52,344 nucleotides of DNA from IMG/VR virus record IMGVR_UViG_3300038988_000082, positions 1 to 52,344 of that record; one strand, written 5' to 3'. Shown one piece after another: positions 16,850 to 28,000 of this stretch (the first letter of the stretch is position 1; each line of letters opens with the position of its first letter). Under the pieces are notes generated by a model. That model was not told where the DNA came from and did not search any database. It worked only from the letters and a program-made list of their open reading frames with translations. A program made the translations under genes and the position numbers. This DNA comes from a virus (Duplodnaviria; Caudoviricetes).

Positions 16850-18595
16850 ATGGCGCTATCGAATACAGCCGTTCCTAAATATTACGGCCAATTTCGAGAC
16901 GCCGTAATTAGAGGAGAGATCCCAGTATGCCGAGAGATTTCTATGGAGATGAATCGCATAGATGATCTCATAGCCAATCCGGGAATATACTATGATGATG
17001 AAGCAGTCGAAGGTTGGATAGCTTTCTGTGAAAATGAAATGACTCTTACTGACGGCGCAGATCTTCAATTGCTAGATTCATTTAAACTTTGGGGCGAAGA
17101 AATTTTTGGTTGGTATTATTTTGTCGAACGAAGCGTATACGAACCAAACGAAAGTGGTCGTGGTGGACATTACGTCCGCAAAACGGTTAAGCGAAGACTT
17201 GTAAACAAGCAGTATTTAATTGTTGGAAGAGGCGCGGCAAAATCACTCTACGATTCATGCATTCAAGCATACTTTGAGAATGTGGATACTTCCACAACTC
17301 ATCAAATCACAACTGCACCAACAATGAAGCAAGCCGAAGAAGTTCTCTCACCTATTCGTACTGCTATCACACGATCTCGTGGACCGCTTTTTCAGTTTCT
17401 TACAGAAGGCTCTTTGCAGAACACGACAGGTTCAAAGGCTAATCGTGTTAAGCTGGCCTCAACAAAGAAAGGTATCGAAAACTTTCTTACCGGATCTCTG
17501 ATAGAGATAAGACCTATGAGCATCCACAAGCTTCAGGGTCTTAGACCAAAGGTAGCGACAGTTGACGAGTGGCTTTCCGGAGATATCAGAGAGGATGTAA
17601 TAGGAGCCATTGAGCAAGGCGCCTCGAAGGTGGATGACTACTTGATCATTGCAACTAGTTCGGAAGGTACTGTCCGGAATGGTAGTGGTGATACAATCAA
17701 AATGGAGTTGTCAGACATCCTTAAGGGTGAATACCCAAATCCTCACGTGTCGATTTTCTGGTACAAACTTGATTCGGTTGATGAAGTAGCCGATCCAGAC
17801 ATGTGGCTTAAGGCTCAACCGAACCTTGGAAAGACCGTTAGCTATGAAACGTATCAACTGGATGTTGAAAGAGCTGAGAAAGCTCCTGCAGCCAGGAATG
17901 ATATTCTTGCAAAACGGTTTGGTATCCCAATGGAAGGGTATACCTATTACTTCACATATGAGGAAACGCTTCCACATCGCAAACGAGATTTCTGGAAGAT
18001 GCCATGTGCGCTAGGTGCAGACCTTTCACAAGGTGATGACTTTTGCTCATTTACTTTCTTGTTCCCATTACGTAGCGGGAGTTTCGGCGTAAAGACTCGA
18101 AATTATATTTCTGAGTCAACACTTATGAAATTACCAGCTGCGATGAGGATGAAGTATGATCAATTTATAGACGAAGGAAGTTTAATCGTTCTTGATGGAA
18201 CAGTATTAGATATGATGGTCGTTTATGAAGATCTGGATAAGCACATTACCGAGAGCGAATATGATGTCCGATGCTTTGGGTTTGACCCATATAACGCCAA
18301 GGAATTTGTCGCACGTTGGGAATCTGAAAATGGTCCATTTGGTATAGAGAAGGTTATCCAAGGAACAAAGACAGAATCTGTACCTTTAGGTGAACTCAAA
18401 AAGTTGGCCGAAGAACGGATGCTGATATTTGATGAGGAACTCATGGCCTTTACTATGGGAAACTGTATCACCATGGAAGATACCAACGGAAATAGGAAGC
18501 TCCTTAAGAGGCGGTATGAGCATAAAATTGATGCTGTAGCGGCTATGATGGACGCCTATATTGCATATAAACTCAATAAGGATGCTTTTGAATAA
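16850..18595 (+). CDS. terL: Terminase large subunit
   Basis: VGRGAAKS Walker A, ATVDEW Walker B, nuclease GADLS...FDPYN...KIDAVAA; precedes portal. Confidence 0.92.
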   Translation: MALSNTAVPKYYGQFRDAVIRGEIPVCREISMEMNRIDDLIANPGIYYDDEAVEGWIAFCENEMTLTDGADLQLLDSFKLWGEEIFGWYYFVERSVYEPNESGRGGHYVRKTVKRRLVNKQYLIVGRGAAKSLYDSCIQAYFENVDTSTTHQITTAPTMKQAEEVLSPIRTAITRSRGPLFQFLTEGSLQNTTGSKANRVKLASTKKGIENFLTGSLIEIRPMSIHKLQGLRPKVATVDEWLSGDIREDVIGAIEQGASKVDDYLIIATSSEGTVRNGSGDTIKMELSDILKGEYPNPHVSIFWYKLDSVDEVADPDMWLKAQPNLGKTVSYETYQLDVERAEKAPAARNDILAKRFGIPMEGYTYYFTYEETLPHRKRDFWKMPCALGADLSQGDDFCSFTFLFPLRSGSFGVKTRNYISESTLMKLPAAMRMKYDQFIDEGSLIVLDGTVLDMMVVYEDLDKHITESEYDVRCFGFDPYNAKEFVARWESENGPFGIEKVIQGTKTESVPLGELKKLAEERMLIFDEELMAFTMGNCITMEDTNGNRKLLKRRYEHKIDAVAAMMDAYIAYKLNKDAFE

Positions 18596-18610
18596 AAGGA
18601 GGATGAGTAG

Positions 18611-19888
18611 ATGGAGCAAGCAATTGGTTCCAGATTAAGGAGCGCTTGGAACGCGTTTTTTAATAAAGATCCGACCGGATACTACAATATGGATAAAGGG
18701 CCGGCGTATTCTTCTAGGCCTGATCGGCCTCGCTTTTCAGCTGGCAATGATCGTTCTATTGTTACTTCGGTTATGAACCGAATTGCTTTAGACGTCGCCG
18801 CTATTAGTATACGGCATGTTCTTCTGGATAAGAATGGTCGATTCCTGTCTACGGTTCCCTCTAAGCTAGACAACTGTCTCTCTTTAGAGGCAAATATCGA
18901 TCAGACAGGAAGAGCTTTTATTCAGGATTTAGTTATGTCGATGCTTGATGAAGGTGTTGTGGCCGCAGTTCCGGTTGATACCACTACAAATCCAGATGAA
19001 GGGGATTCTTGGGATATCGAAACCATGCGAACCGGAAAGATCGTAAGTTGGTATCCAAGACATATTCGGACTCGGGTATATAATGAACGATCTGGCCGAC
19101 AGGAAGAGATTACAATTCGAAAAGACATGACGGCGATTATTGAGAATCCTCTATATGCTGTCATGAACGAGCCAAGTTCTACTATGAAACGCCTTGTCAG
19201 GAAGTTAAATCTACTTGATGCGGTGGATGAACAAAGTAGTTCTGGAAAATTAGATCTTATAATTCAATTGCCATATATTATTAAAACAGAGGCTCGACGT
19301 CAACAAGCAAACAATCGACGTAAGGACATTGAGGATCAATTATCCGGTTCTAAGTATGGTATTGCCTATGCCGATGGTACAGAGCGTATCACGCAATTGA
19401 ACCGACCCGTCAACAACAACCTGATGGAAACCATTAAATATTTGACGAGTATGCTATATAGCCAGTTAGGTATTACTGAAAGCATTCTTGATGGTACAGC
19501 TGACGAAAAAACAATGCTCAATTACTTTAATCGAACAGTTGAACCGATTATATCGGCTATTGTTGATGAAATGAGACGGAAGTTCCTAACTAAGACTGCA
19601 AGAACTCAAATGAAGTCTATTATGTTCTTCAGAGATCCGTTCAAGCTTGTTCCTGTGAATAATATTGCGGAAATCGCTGATAAGTTTACTCGTAATGAGA
19701 TAATGTCTTCGAATGAGATTAGGCAGGTTATAGGGATGAAGCCGTCCAAAGATCCTAAAGCAGATGAATTGAGGAACAAGAACTTAAGCGCCCCTGCAGG
19801 GAAGGGAACGGGCAATGATGCTGACCCGACTGGCTTAGGCTCTAATGAAACGTTAAAGGAGGAAAGTCAAAATGGCGAAAAAGTATGA
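18611..19888 (+). CDS. Portal protein
   Basis: Between TerL and capsid, 425 aa, HK97-like end MSSNEIRQVIGM.P. Confidence 0.88.
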   Translation: MEQAIGSRLRSAWNAFFNKDPTGYYNMDKGPAYSSRPDRPRFSAGNDRSIVTSVMNRIALDVAAISIRHVLLDKNGRFLSTVPSKLDNCLSLEANIDQTGRAFIQDLVMSMLDEGVVAAVPVDTTTNPDEGDSWDIETMRTGKIVSWYPRHIRTRVYNERSGRQEEITIRKDMTAIIENPLYAVMNEPSSTMKRLVRKLNLLDAVDEQSSSGKLDLIIQLPYIIKTEARRQQANNRRKDIEDQLSGSKYGIAYADGTERITQLNRPVNNNLMETIKYLTSMLYSQLGITESILDGTADEKTMLNYFNRTVEPIISAIVDEMRRKFLTKTARTQMKSIMFFRDPFKLVPVNNIAEIADKFTRNEIMSSNEIRQVIGMKPSKDPKADELRNKNLSAPAGKGTGNDADPTGLGSNETLKEESQNGEKV

Positions 19889-21632
19889 TTTCAGTGGCTG
19901 GGCTACCCGAAATAATCTTAAATGTAGTGATGGTCGCACGATCATGAGAGACGCATTTAAGCATAATGATGGGCATACCGTCCCGCTGGTATGGAATCAC
20001 GACCATGCCGATCCATTCAACGTTCTTGGGCATGCACTTTTGGAGAATCGTCCGGAAGGTGTATATGCCTATTGTTCGTTTAATGACTCGGAGTCTGGCC
20101 GGCAAGGAAAGTTGCTCGTTGAACATGGCGACGTGGACTCTTTGTCTATTTATGCTAATAAACTCCAGCAACAGGGCGGAAACGTTCTGCATGGTGATAT
20201 TCGCGAGGTGAGTCTTGTCTTGGCCAGCGCAAATCCTGGGGCTTTTATCGACTCCATTATACGGCACGGCGATGAGGCAGACGACGAGGCGCTCATCTAC
20301 ACAGGTGAAGCGCTTGAGCTTGCTCATGCTGATAAACCCGATGAAAAGAAGAATAAACCAGATGATAAGAAAGAAGGGGAAGAAGGAATGGCAAAAGACG
20401 TAAAACATGCCGACTCCGAAGGCACAAAAACGATCCAGGAAGTTTTCGATTCCATGACCGAAGAGCAGAAGACGGTGGTGTACGCCTTAGTCGGGGAAGC
20501 CATCGCCGATAAAGAAGATTCCGTAGAACACAACGATACCAAAGGAGGAGATAATACTATGAAACACAATGTGTTTGACAACGACAGCCAGGATGATCAG
20601 AAGAACGAGAATGTGCTGAGCCATGCGGATTCTGAGGCGATTTTCGCCGACGTGAAGCGATACGGCAGCTTGAAAGAAAGCGCGCTGGCGCACGGCATCA
20701 CTAATATTGATTACCTGTTCCCGGATGCCAAGACCCTTCAGACGGCTCCGGATTTCATTCAGCGCCCTAATTCGTGGGTGCAGCAGTTCCTGGGTGACGT
20801 TCATCACACGCCGTTCTCCAGGATCAAGTCAATCCATGCCGACATCACAACGGAAGATGCCCGGGCAAAGGGTTACATCAAAGGCAATCAGAAGGTCGAT
20901 GAGGTCTTTGCATTGCTCAAGAGGACAACGACTCCGCAGACCGTGTACAAGAAACAGAAGCTGGATCGCGACGACGTAATTGACATCACGGATTTCGATG
21001 TGGTGGCTTGGCTCAAGACAGAGATGCGCATCATGCTTGACGAGGAAATTGCGCGCGCTGCATTGGTCGGCGACGGCCGGCTTGCTGCAAGTGACGACAA
21101 GATCGATCCGACTCACATCCGTCCTATCTGGACTGATGACGATCTGTACACGATCAAGACCCTCATCACAGTTTCTGAAGAAGCGACTCCGGATCAGAAA
21201 GCCAAAGCGTTTATCCGCGCGGCTGTCAAGGCCAGGAAGAACTACAAGGGTTCTGGCAATCCGAAACTGTACACGACGGAAGACGTCCTCACCGACTGCC
21301 TGTTGATGGAAGACAATACGGGCCGTATCATATACGACTCCGTCACCAAACTGGCTGCCACTCTTCGTGTAAGCGAGATTGTGACTGTTCCGGTTATGGA
21401 AGGTCTGACCAGAACGGTCGGTGTTGCGACTCATACCCTGTTGGGCATCATCGTCAACCCGATCGATTACAACATCGGTGCTGATAAGGGCGGCGCGGTC
21501 AACATGTTCGATGATTTCGACATCGACTACAATGCTCAGAAGTACCTGATCGAGACCCGTTGTTCTGGTGCTCTTACCAGACCGTTCTCGGCCATCGCGA
21601 TCGAGATGACGGAAGAAGCAGCCGCCGGTTAA
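19872..21632 (+). CDS. Prohead protease-scaffold-major capsid protein fusion (HK97 fold)
   Basis: N-terminal protease (VPLVWNHDH, SLSI, IREVSLV..ANP.A), acidic linker, capsid domain (LDEEIARAALVGDG). Confidence 0.88.
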   Translation: MAKKYDFSGWATRNNLKCSDGRTIMRDAFKHNDGHTVPLVWNHDHADPFNVLGHALLENRPEGVYAYCSFNDSESGRQGKLLVEHGDVDSLSIYANKLQQQGGNVLHGDIREVSLVLASANPGAFIDSIIRHGDEADDEALIYTGEALELAHADKPDEKKNKPDDKKEGEEGMAKDVKHADSEGTKTIQEVFDSMTEEQKTVVYALVGEAIADKEDSVEHNDTKGGDNTMKHNVFDNDSQDDQKNENVLSHADSEAIFADVKRYGSLKESALAHGITNIDYLFPDAKTLQTAPDFIQRPNSWVQQFLGDVHHTPFSRIKSIHADITTEDARAKGYIKGNQKVDEVFALLKRTTTPQTVYKKQKLDRDDVIDITDFDVVAWLKTEMRIMLDEEIARAALVGDGRLAASDDKIDPTHIRPIWTDDDLYTIKTLITVSEEATPDQKAKAFIRAAVKARKNYKGSGNPKLYTTEDVLTDCLLMEDNTGRIIYDSVTKLAATLRVSEIVTVPVMEGLTRTVGVATHTLLGIIVNPIDYNIGADKGGAVNMFDDFDIDYNAQKYLIETRCSGALTRPFSAIAIEMTEEAAAG

Positions 21633-21687
21633 TTCTTAAAACTTCAAAATGGAGTTATGCAGATGATTAGAAAGTGAGGTGAAATAA

Positions 21688-22050
21688 ATGGCAAAATTTC
21701 ACGGGGCTATTGGCTATGCCATACCGACCAAGACTTCTCCTGGTGTTTGGAAGGACGTTATTACTGAACGGAATTACTCCGGTGATTTAATTCAGGATAC
21801 ACGAAGACTCCAAGCAAGTGATACGGTAAATGATAATATTAACATCGCAAACAATATTAGCATTGTAGCCGATCCGTTTGCCAACCAAAACTTTCATTCT
21901 ATGCGATATGTAACCTATATGGGCGCTAAATGGAAGATTGAGAAGGTCGAAGTTCAGCGCCCAAGACTATTACTGACAATAGGGGGTGTATACAATGGCC
22001 AGCAGGCTTCAACTGCAAACTCTCCTGGAGAATCTTCTCCCGGCGTATAA
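21688..22050 (+). CDS. Head closure/stopper protein
   Basis: Position after capsid gene; beta-rich 120 aa. Confidence 0.65.
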   Translation: MAKFHGAIGYAIPTKTSPGVWKDVITERNYSGDLIQDTRRLQASDTVNDNINIANNISIVADPFANQNFHSMRYVTYMGAKWKIEKVEVQRPRLLLTIGGVYNGQQASTANSPGESSPGV

Positions 22051-22318
22051 GGAGGACGAGGACACTCATGTATATTTTCAACCTCCTGCGTCAGTAAACA
22101 TGTTATATCCCGCGATTAGGTACTCTCTCAAAGACATAGCCAATGAGCATGCCGATGATATAGCGTATATACAATCGCGGTGCTACGACGTAATGGTGAT
22201 TGATGAAGATCCTGACAGTTCAATAGTTACTTCGGTTGCTGCCATTCCAATGTGCAGTTTTGATCGACACTATACTGCGGATAATCTTAATCATTGGACA
22301 TTTATCCTATATTTTTAA
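21995..22318 (+). CDS. Tail terminator/completion protein
   Basis: VYFQPP...YPAIRY; directly before tail tube gene. Confidence 0.7.
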   Translation: MASRLQLQTLLENLLPAYKEDEDTHVYFQPPASVNMLYPAIRYSLKDIANEHADDIAYIQSRCYDVMVIDEDPDSSIVTSVAAIPMCSFDRHYTADNLNHWTFILYF

Positions 22319-22333
22319 AAGGAGGACAAAAAC

Positions 22334-23026
22334 ATGGCAAGAATTTTGTGGGACCAGGTCGGCGAACGCCTGTATGAAACTGGCGTATCCAAAGGGGTCC
22401 TTTACGTTCGCGATGCCCTTGGCGTTTATGGCGCAGGTGTTCCGTGGAACGGTCTGATTAGTGTTACGGAGAGTCCGTCGGGCGCGGAAGCATCTCCGGT
22501 ATATGCCGATAACATCAAATACCTCAATCTGTTGTCGACGGAAGAATTCGGCGCGACGGTTGAAGCATATACGTATCCGCCCGAGTTCGCAGCGTGCGAT
22601 GGTTCCGGCGAGTTGACCGAAGGTGTTATGATCGGGCAGCAGAGTCGCGGGGTCTTTGGCTTATGCTACAGAACGGAAATCGGCAACGATGTCGATGGCG
22701 TTTCGCACGGCTATAAGTTGCACCTGATTTACGGCGCCCAGGCCGCACCTTCCGAGAAGGGGTATGCCAGCATCAACGACAGCCCCGAAGCAATTACGTT
22801 CTCATGGGAACTGACGACCACGCCGGTCAACGTTACCGGATTCAAACCGACTGCTTCTCTCGTGATCGATTCGACGAAGGTCGGAACCACGCCAGAGCAT
22901 AGGGCTTTGATCATGGCGGCAGTGGAAGACGCTCTGTATGGCACGGCAGCGGCATCTTCGAGCCTTCCCTTGCCCGATGCGATTCTGGCACTTATCAACG
23001 CTGTTGAGCCGCCTCCCGAGGGCTGA
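22334..23026 (+). CDS. Major tail (tube) protein
   Basis: YETGVSKGVLY, WNGL, YADNIKY, GYKLHLIY, FSWELTTTP. Confidence 0.85.
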   Translation: MARILWDQVGERLYETGVSKGVLYVRDALGVYGAGVPWNGLISVTESPSGAEASPVYADNIKYLNLLSTEEFGATVEAYTYPPEFAACDGSGELTEGVMIGQQSRGVFGLCYRTEIGNDVDGVSHGYKLHLIYGAQAAPSEKGYASINDSPEAITFSWELTTTPVNVTGFKPTASLVIDSTKVGTTPEHRALIMAAVEDALYGTAAASSSLPLPDAILALINAVEPPPEG

Positions 23027-23057
23027 TAGCCCAATCATATTTTACACATTAAGCTCA

Positions 23058-23111
23058 AAAGGATAGGGGTCGTATTCAGTAAAGGCTGGCGGCCCCAGGT
23101 CCTTTATTTTT
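23058..23111 (+). terminator. Hairpin/terminator after major tail gene
   Basis: AAAGGA..GGGGTCG...CGGCCCC..TCCTTT followed by a T tract. Confidence 0.55.
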
Positions 23112-23128
23112 GAAAGGAGAAAAAAAAG

Positions 23129-23527
23129 ATGCTTAAAAAGACAATCAAGTATACCGATTATAACGGTACAAAACGTGAAGAGGACTTTTATTTCAACCTG
23201 TCCAAGGCAGAGATCTTGGAAATGGAGATGACGACAAGCGGCGGGCTCGCTGAAATGATCAAAGGCATTGTTGCCGCGCAGGATATTCCGGCAATAATAA
23301 AGATCTTCAAAGATCTGGTCCTGAAAGCGTATGGCATTAAGAGCCCGGATGGAAAACAGTTTGTTAAGAGTCAGGAAATCCGGGATGCGTTTGCCAGCAC
23401 TGAAGCATATTCCAATTTGTTTATGGAGCTGGCTACAGATGCGAATGCCGCGGCGGATTTTGTGAATGGAATAATTCCAGCAAACATGGGCGATAACAAG
23501 CCGACGATCGTTCCGCCCGCTACCTAA
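23129..23527 (+). CDS. Tail assembly chaperone
   Basis: Position after tail tube; YTDYNG...FYFNLSKAE. Confidence 0.75.
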   Translation: MLKKTIKYTDYNGTKREEDFYFNLSKAEILEMEMTTSGGLAEMIKGIVAAQDIPAIIKIFKDLVLKAYGIKSPDGKQFVKSQEIRDAFASTEAYSNLFMELATDANAAADFVNGIIPANMGDNKPTIVPPAT

Positions 23528-23552
23528 GATAAATGTAAAGAGGTGACAGAGA

Positions 23553-24095
23553 ATGCTCAAGATCACCGTTCCGGCTCAAGAATTATGGGATGAAGAGAAA
23601 CAAGAATTTCTATATTCAAGAGCCTATGAGTTGCAATTGGAGCATTCTCTGGTTTCCCTTTCAAAGTGGGAAGCCAAGTATGGAAGAGCGTTTCTTTCTA
23701 AAAAAGAAATGACGTTTGAAGAAACTCTATATTACATTAAGTGTATGACCATAACGCAGAATGTTAATGAAGAAGCTTATGAGCATTTAACAACTGCAAA
23801 TATTAGTCAAATTAATAAGTATATAGAGTCTCCAATGACTGCAACTTACTTTTCAGAACAAAAAGATGGTAAAAAGAATGGCGAAACAGTTACAGCCGAA
23901 CTCATCTATTACTGGATGATTGCGCTGAATATTCCGCTTGATTGCCAAAAATGGCATCTTAACCGTCTTCTTACTTTGATTCGAGTCTGTAATATTAAGA
24001 ATCAACCTCCGAAGAAGCGGAGTAGAAAAGAATTACTCGCCCGTAATGCCGCCTTAAATGAGGCGAGAAGAAAACAACTCGGAACACGAGGTTAA
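23553..24095 (+). CDS. Second tail assembly chaperone-like protein
   Basis: Position; own GAGGTG RBS; WHLNRLLTLI. Confidence 0.65.
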   Translation: MLKITVPAQELWDEEKQEFLYSRAYELQLEHSLVSLSKWEAKYGRAFLSKKEMTFEETLYYIKCMTITQNVNEEAYEHLTTANISQINKYIESPMTATYFSEQKDGKKNGETVTAELIYYWMIALNIPLDCQKWHLNRLLTLIRVCNIKNQPPKKRSRKELLARNAALNEARRKQLGTRG

Positions 24096-24115
24096 AGAGA
24101 AAGGAGGGAATAATT

Positions 24116-24628
24116 ATGTCAGCAACAGAGATTATTTTATTAATCATTGGTATTGCTGTAGCAACAGTCGTTTTGATCTGGTTTGCAATACCTACGTTTA
24201 TCAAGTTGGCTCAAAAGAAGGGCTGGAATATTTCGGCCATACTGCAGAAGATAACTTCTGGGGTGGATCAGGCAGATTTATTGACGGACGCTTTGGTAAA
24301 ACTAAGTATACCAGGCGCCACAATCTTTGATAAGATTGTTGACGTTACACGAGAAGCCGTTGGTTATGCAGAACAAATTATGAAGACCGGGCAAATAAGT
24401 CCCGAACAACGGTATGACGAGGCCAAACAGGCCATATTAGCAGGACTAAAACTTGCGGAAATACCAGAAGATAAAATTAATGATCCGGCCGTTCAGGAGG
24501 TTATTGAGATAGTTTTACAGTCTTCTGTTAATGGTTTAGGTCATAAACCCGAACTTACGGCCACTACAAATGTCATAAATTGCGACCCAACAGTCGCGGC
24601 AAAGGCCGCAACCGAACAGATGGAATAG
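24116..24628 (+). CDS. Holin-like membrane protein (LL-H-like)
   Basis: N-terminal TM helix, AVGYAEQ, IE...SSV pattern. Confidence 0.55.
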   Translation: MSATEIILLIIGIAVATVVLIWFAIPTFIKLAQKKGWNISAILQKITSGVDQADLLTDALVKLSIPGATIFDKIVDVTREAVGYAEQIMKTGQISPEQRYDEAKQAILAGLKLAEIPEDKINDPAVQEVIEIVLQSSVNGLGHKPELTATTNVINCDPTVAAKAATEQME

Positions 24629-24680
24629 TAAAGTAAAGCAGACGCAAGGGCAGACCAAATCTTCGAAAGGAGAATGTCAT

Positions 24681-25058
24681 ATGATAAGCTTTAAACAAAG
24701 TGGAGACTTCTCCAAGACTATACAGTTCCTTGGTAAGACACAAAAAGCACTCAGCCTTATGGATCTGAACAAGTTTGGTCAAGAAGGAGTGGCTGCTCTT
24801 GCATCCGCAACGCCAATAGATTCAAGTCGTACGGCTAATTCCTGGTACTATGAAATTACCAGGGGTCCTGGATCGGTAACCATTACTTGGTTAAACTCAA
24901 ATGTTCAAAATGGAGTTCCAATTGCAGTTATACTACAGTATGGGCATGGGACTCGAAATGGTGGGTATGTGGAGGGGAGAGATTATATCAATCCAGCTCT
25001 CAGACCCGTATTTGATAAGATTGCAGAATCTGCGTGGAAGGAGGTTACCAGAGTATGA
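24681..25058 (+). CDS. Neck/tail completion protein (HK97 gp10-like)
   Basis: TP.DS.RTANSW, QYGHGT, YINPAL. Confidence 0.7.
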   Translation: MISFKQSGDFSKTIQFLGKTQKALSLMDLNKFGQEGVAALASATPIDSSRTANSWYYEITRGPGSVTITWLNSNVQNGVPIAVILQYGHGTRNGGYVEGRDYINPALRPVFDKIAESAWKEVTRV

Positions 25059-28000
25059 GCAACACAATTGACCAAAAAGTTGTAGAGATGAAGTTTGACA
25101 ATAAACAGTTTGAAACTAATGTCCAGACTTCCCTATCGAGCATCGACAAATTAAAGAAAAGTTTAGATATGAAGGGTGTTTCTAAAGGACTGGAGGGAGT
25201 TAGCGAAGCTTCTAAAAAGATTGATATGACCGGTCTTGGAAATGCTGTCGAGACAGTAAAGGCTAGATTTTCAGCTTTAGAGGTAATGGCTGTAACCGCT
25301 CTGGTTAACATTACAAATTCGGCTATTAATGCCGGAAAACGAATGATTTCCTCGCTTACAATAGATCCGATTAAGACAGGTCTCAACGAATACGAGACAA
25401 AGCTTAATTCAATTCAAACAATACTTGCTAACACCCAAAAGGAAGGTACAAACCTTGCTACGGTTACCAAAGCATTGGATGAATTAAACACCTATTCAGA
25501 TAAGACAATTTATAACTTCCAGGAAATGGCTCAAAATATTGGTACCTTTACAGCAGCTGGTGTAGCGTTAGACACTTCAGTTGATGCTATTAAGGGTATC
25601 GCCAACCTGGCGGCTATTTCAGGCTCGAACGCTCAGCAGGCCTCTACGGCCATGTATCAACTCTCCCAGGCACTTGCTACTGGCACGGTCAAACTTATGG
25701 ACTGGAACTCGGTAGTTAATGCTGGTATGGGCGGTCAGGTATTTCAAGACTCGCTTATGGAGACGGCAAGAGTTCATGGTGTAGCCATTGATGATATAAT
25801 AAAGAAAAATGGGTCTTTTAGAGACTCATTACAGGAAGGATGGCTTACTTCTAGCATTCTTACTGAAACGTTGTCAAAATTTACTGGCGATCTTACTGCA
25901 GATCAGCTCAAATCCATGGGCTATACTGAAGAGCAGATTGCCGGAATTATTAAACTTGGGCAAACCGCAAGCGATGCTGCTACCAAGGTCAAGACTTTTT
26001 CTCAGTTGATCAATACTCTTCAGGAAGCTGCTCAATCAGGTTGGGCTCAGAGCTGGGAGATCATAATTGGTAACTTCGAGGAAGCCAAGGTCTTATTTAC
26101 CGATATCAATAACGTTATTGGTGGGTGGATTGGCGCTTCTGCGCAAGCTCGAAATGAAGTACTTCAGGGATGGAAAGATCTTGGCGGTCGCACAGCAGTT
26201 ATTGATGCTATCCGAAATATGTTTGAGGGTTTAATAGCCATTATCAAACCTGTTAAGGAAGCGTTTTCTGAGATATTTCCGCCCATGACCGCTGAACGAC
26301 TAGCTGCTTTAAGCGAAGGCCTTAAGCAGTTTACTGAAAAATTAAAACCAACTCAAAAGACAGTTGATAATCTAAAATCGGCGTTTAAAGGCCTATTTGC
26401 CTTTCTTGATATTATCAGGATGGCGTTTGTAGCCATATTTGATCTTATCAAACCTCTATTCAGTGGATTAGGAATGCTTTCTGGTGGTGTCTTAGGAGTG
26501 TCTGCCTCTTTTGGGGATTGGATGGTTAAGCTCCGTGATGCTATTAAAAATGGTGAGATATTTGGTAAAGTTGTTGAAGGCATTCATAACTTTGTCAAGG
26601 CTGTCGGAACAGCTATCAAAAAATTTATTGATAGTATTAAAGAGAAGTTTGACTTTGATGGGCTCAAAGCATTTCATACTTTTCTTGAAAATATGCATGA
26701 ACGTATGGCTCAGATTGGAGGAGCCGCTACAAGTATGGGCGAGTTAATCGTCAACACAATAGCCTATATTGGTGAAGCCATGGCTAATAGTAAGTTCTTA
26801 GTCGGTCTTCAGAAATTGTGGGAAGGAATCAAAGCTATTGGCAGTGCTATAGCAAAGTTCCTTGGCGACATATTTGGCGGACTCTTTGATAAGCTTGGAA
26901 ATGGTGATTTCAGTGGAGTATTTGATTTAATAAACAGCGCTGCCTTAACTACAATAACAGTTATGATTGCAAAATTCATAAAAGGATTTAAAGATGTTGT
27001 CGAGACTGTTGGTAGTATAAAAGACAGTGTTGTTGGAATATTAAATCAGGTAAAGGATTGCTTCAAAGCCTATCAGGAACAACTGAAAGCTGGAACTTTG
27101 CTAAAGATTGCTACGGCAATTGGTATATTAGCAGCTTCCATTTTAGTTATATCCTTGATCGATAGCGAAAAATTAGCCGGAGCTATTGCGGCGCTAAGTG
27201 TCTTATTTGTTGAACTGTTAACTGCTATGAATTTCTTTAGTAAAATAGATAAGACATCGAAGGGCACACTTAAAGCAACGGTCGCAATGACGGTAATGGC
27301 GGTATCTATTCTTATTCTAGCAACCGCTTTAAAGAAGATTGGAGAACTTGAATTTGGTCAACTAATGACTGGGTTAGTCGGGGTTGCAGGTTTAGCGGCT
27401 ATAATGGTGGCAACTGCAAAACTATTATCTAGTGAAGAGAAAACCATTCTCAAGGGCGCAACCCAAATGGTTATATTTGCCACGGCAATTCTAATCTTAG
27501 GTGAAGCATGCAAAAATCTTGCGGAACTTAGCTGGGAAGAATTAGCCAAAGGCGTATCCGGTGTTCTTGTTTTAGCAGGAATTATGGTAGCAACGGCTAA
27601 GTTGGTTGATGGAGAAGAAAAGGCAATCATTAAAGGCGCTGCTAATATGGTTATATTTGGCGCTGCACTTGCAATTCTTGCAGCGGTGTGTAAAAGTCTT
27701 GCTGAACTTAGTTGGGAAGAATTGGCTAAGGGCATGCTTGGCGTACTAGCCCTTGCTGGAACCATGGTAGCCGTAGCGAAACTCGTTTCTGGTGAATCTC
27801 AAGCCATGATTAAGGGCGCAACTCAAATGGTTATATTTGCTGCGGCTCTCGCGATTTTAGCAGCGGTATGCCAGGATTTAGCCGCCTTAAGTTGGGAAGA
27901 ATTATTAAAGGGTCTTGCTGGTGTTGCTGGCTTAATGGTAATTCTGGTTGCCGGCCTTAAGACAATGCCAAAAGATTTAACAAAAATGGGGGTTCAACTT

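Noticed and set aside
23129-24095. Programmed frameshift between tail assembly chaperones
   Set aside because: The second ORF has its own RBS and ATG after a gap; no clear slippery heptamer seen near the end of the first
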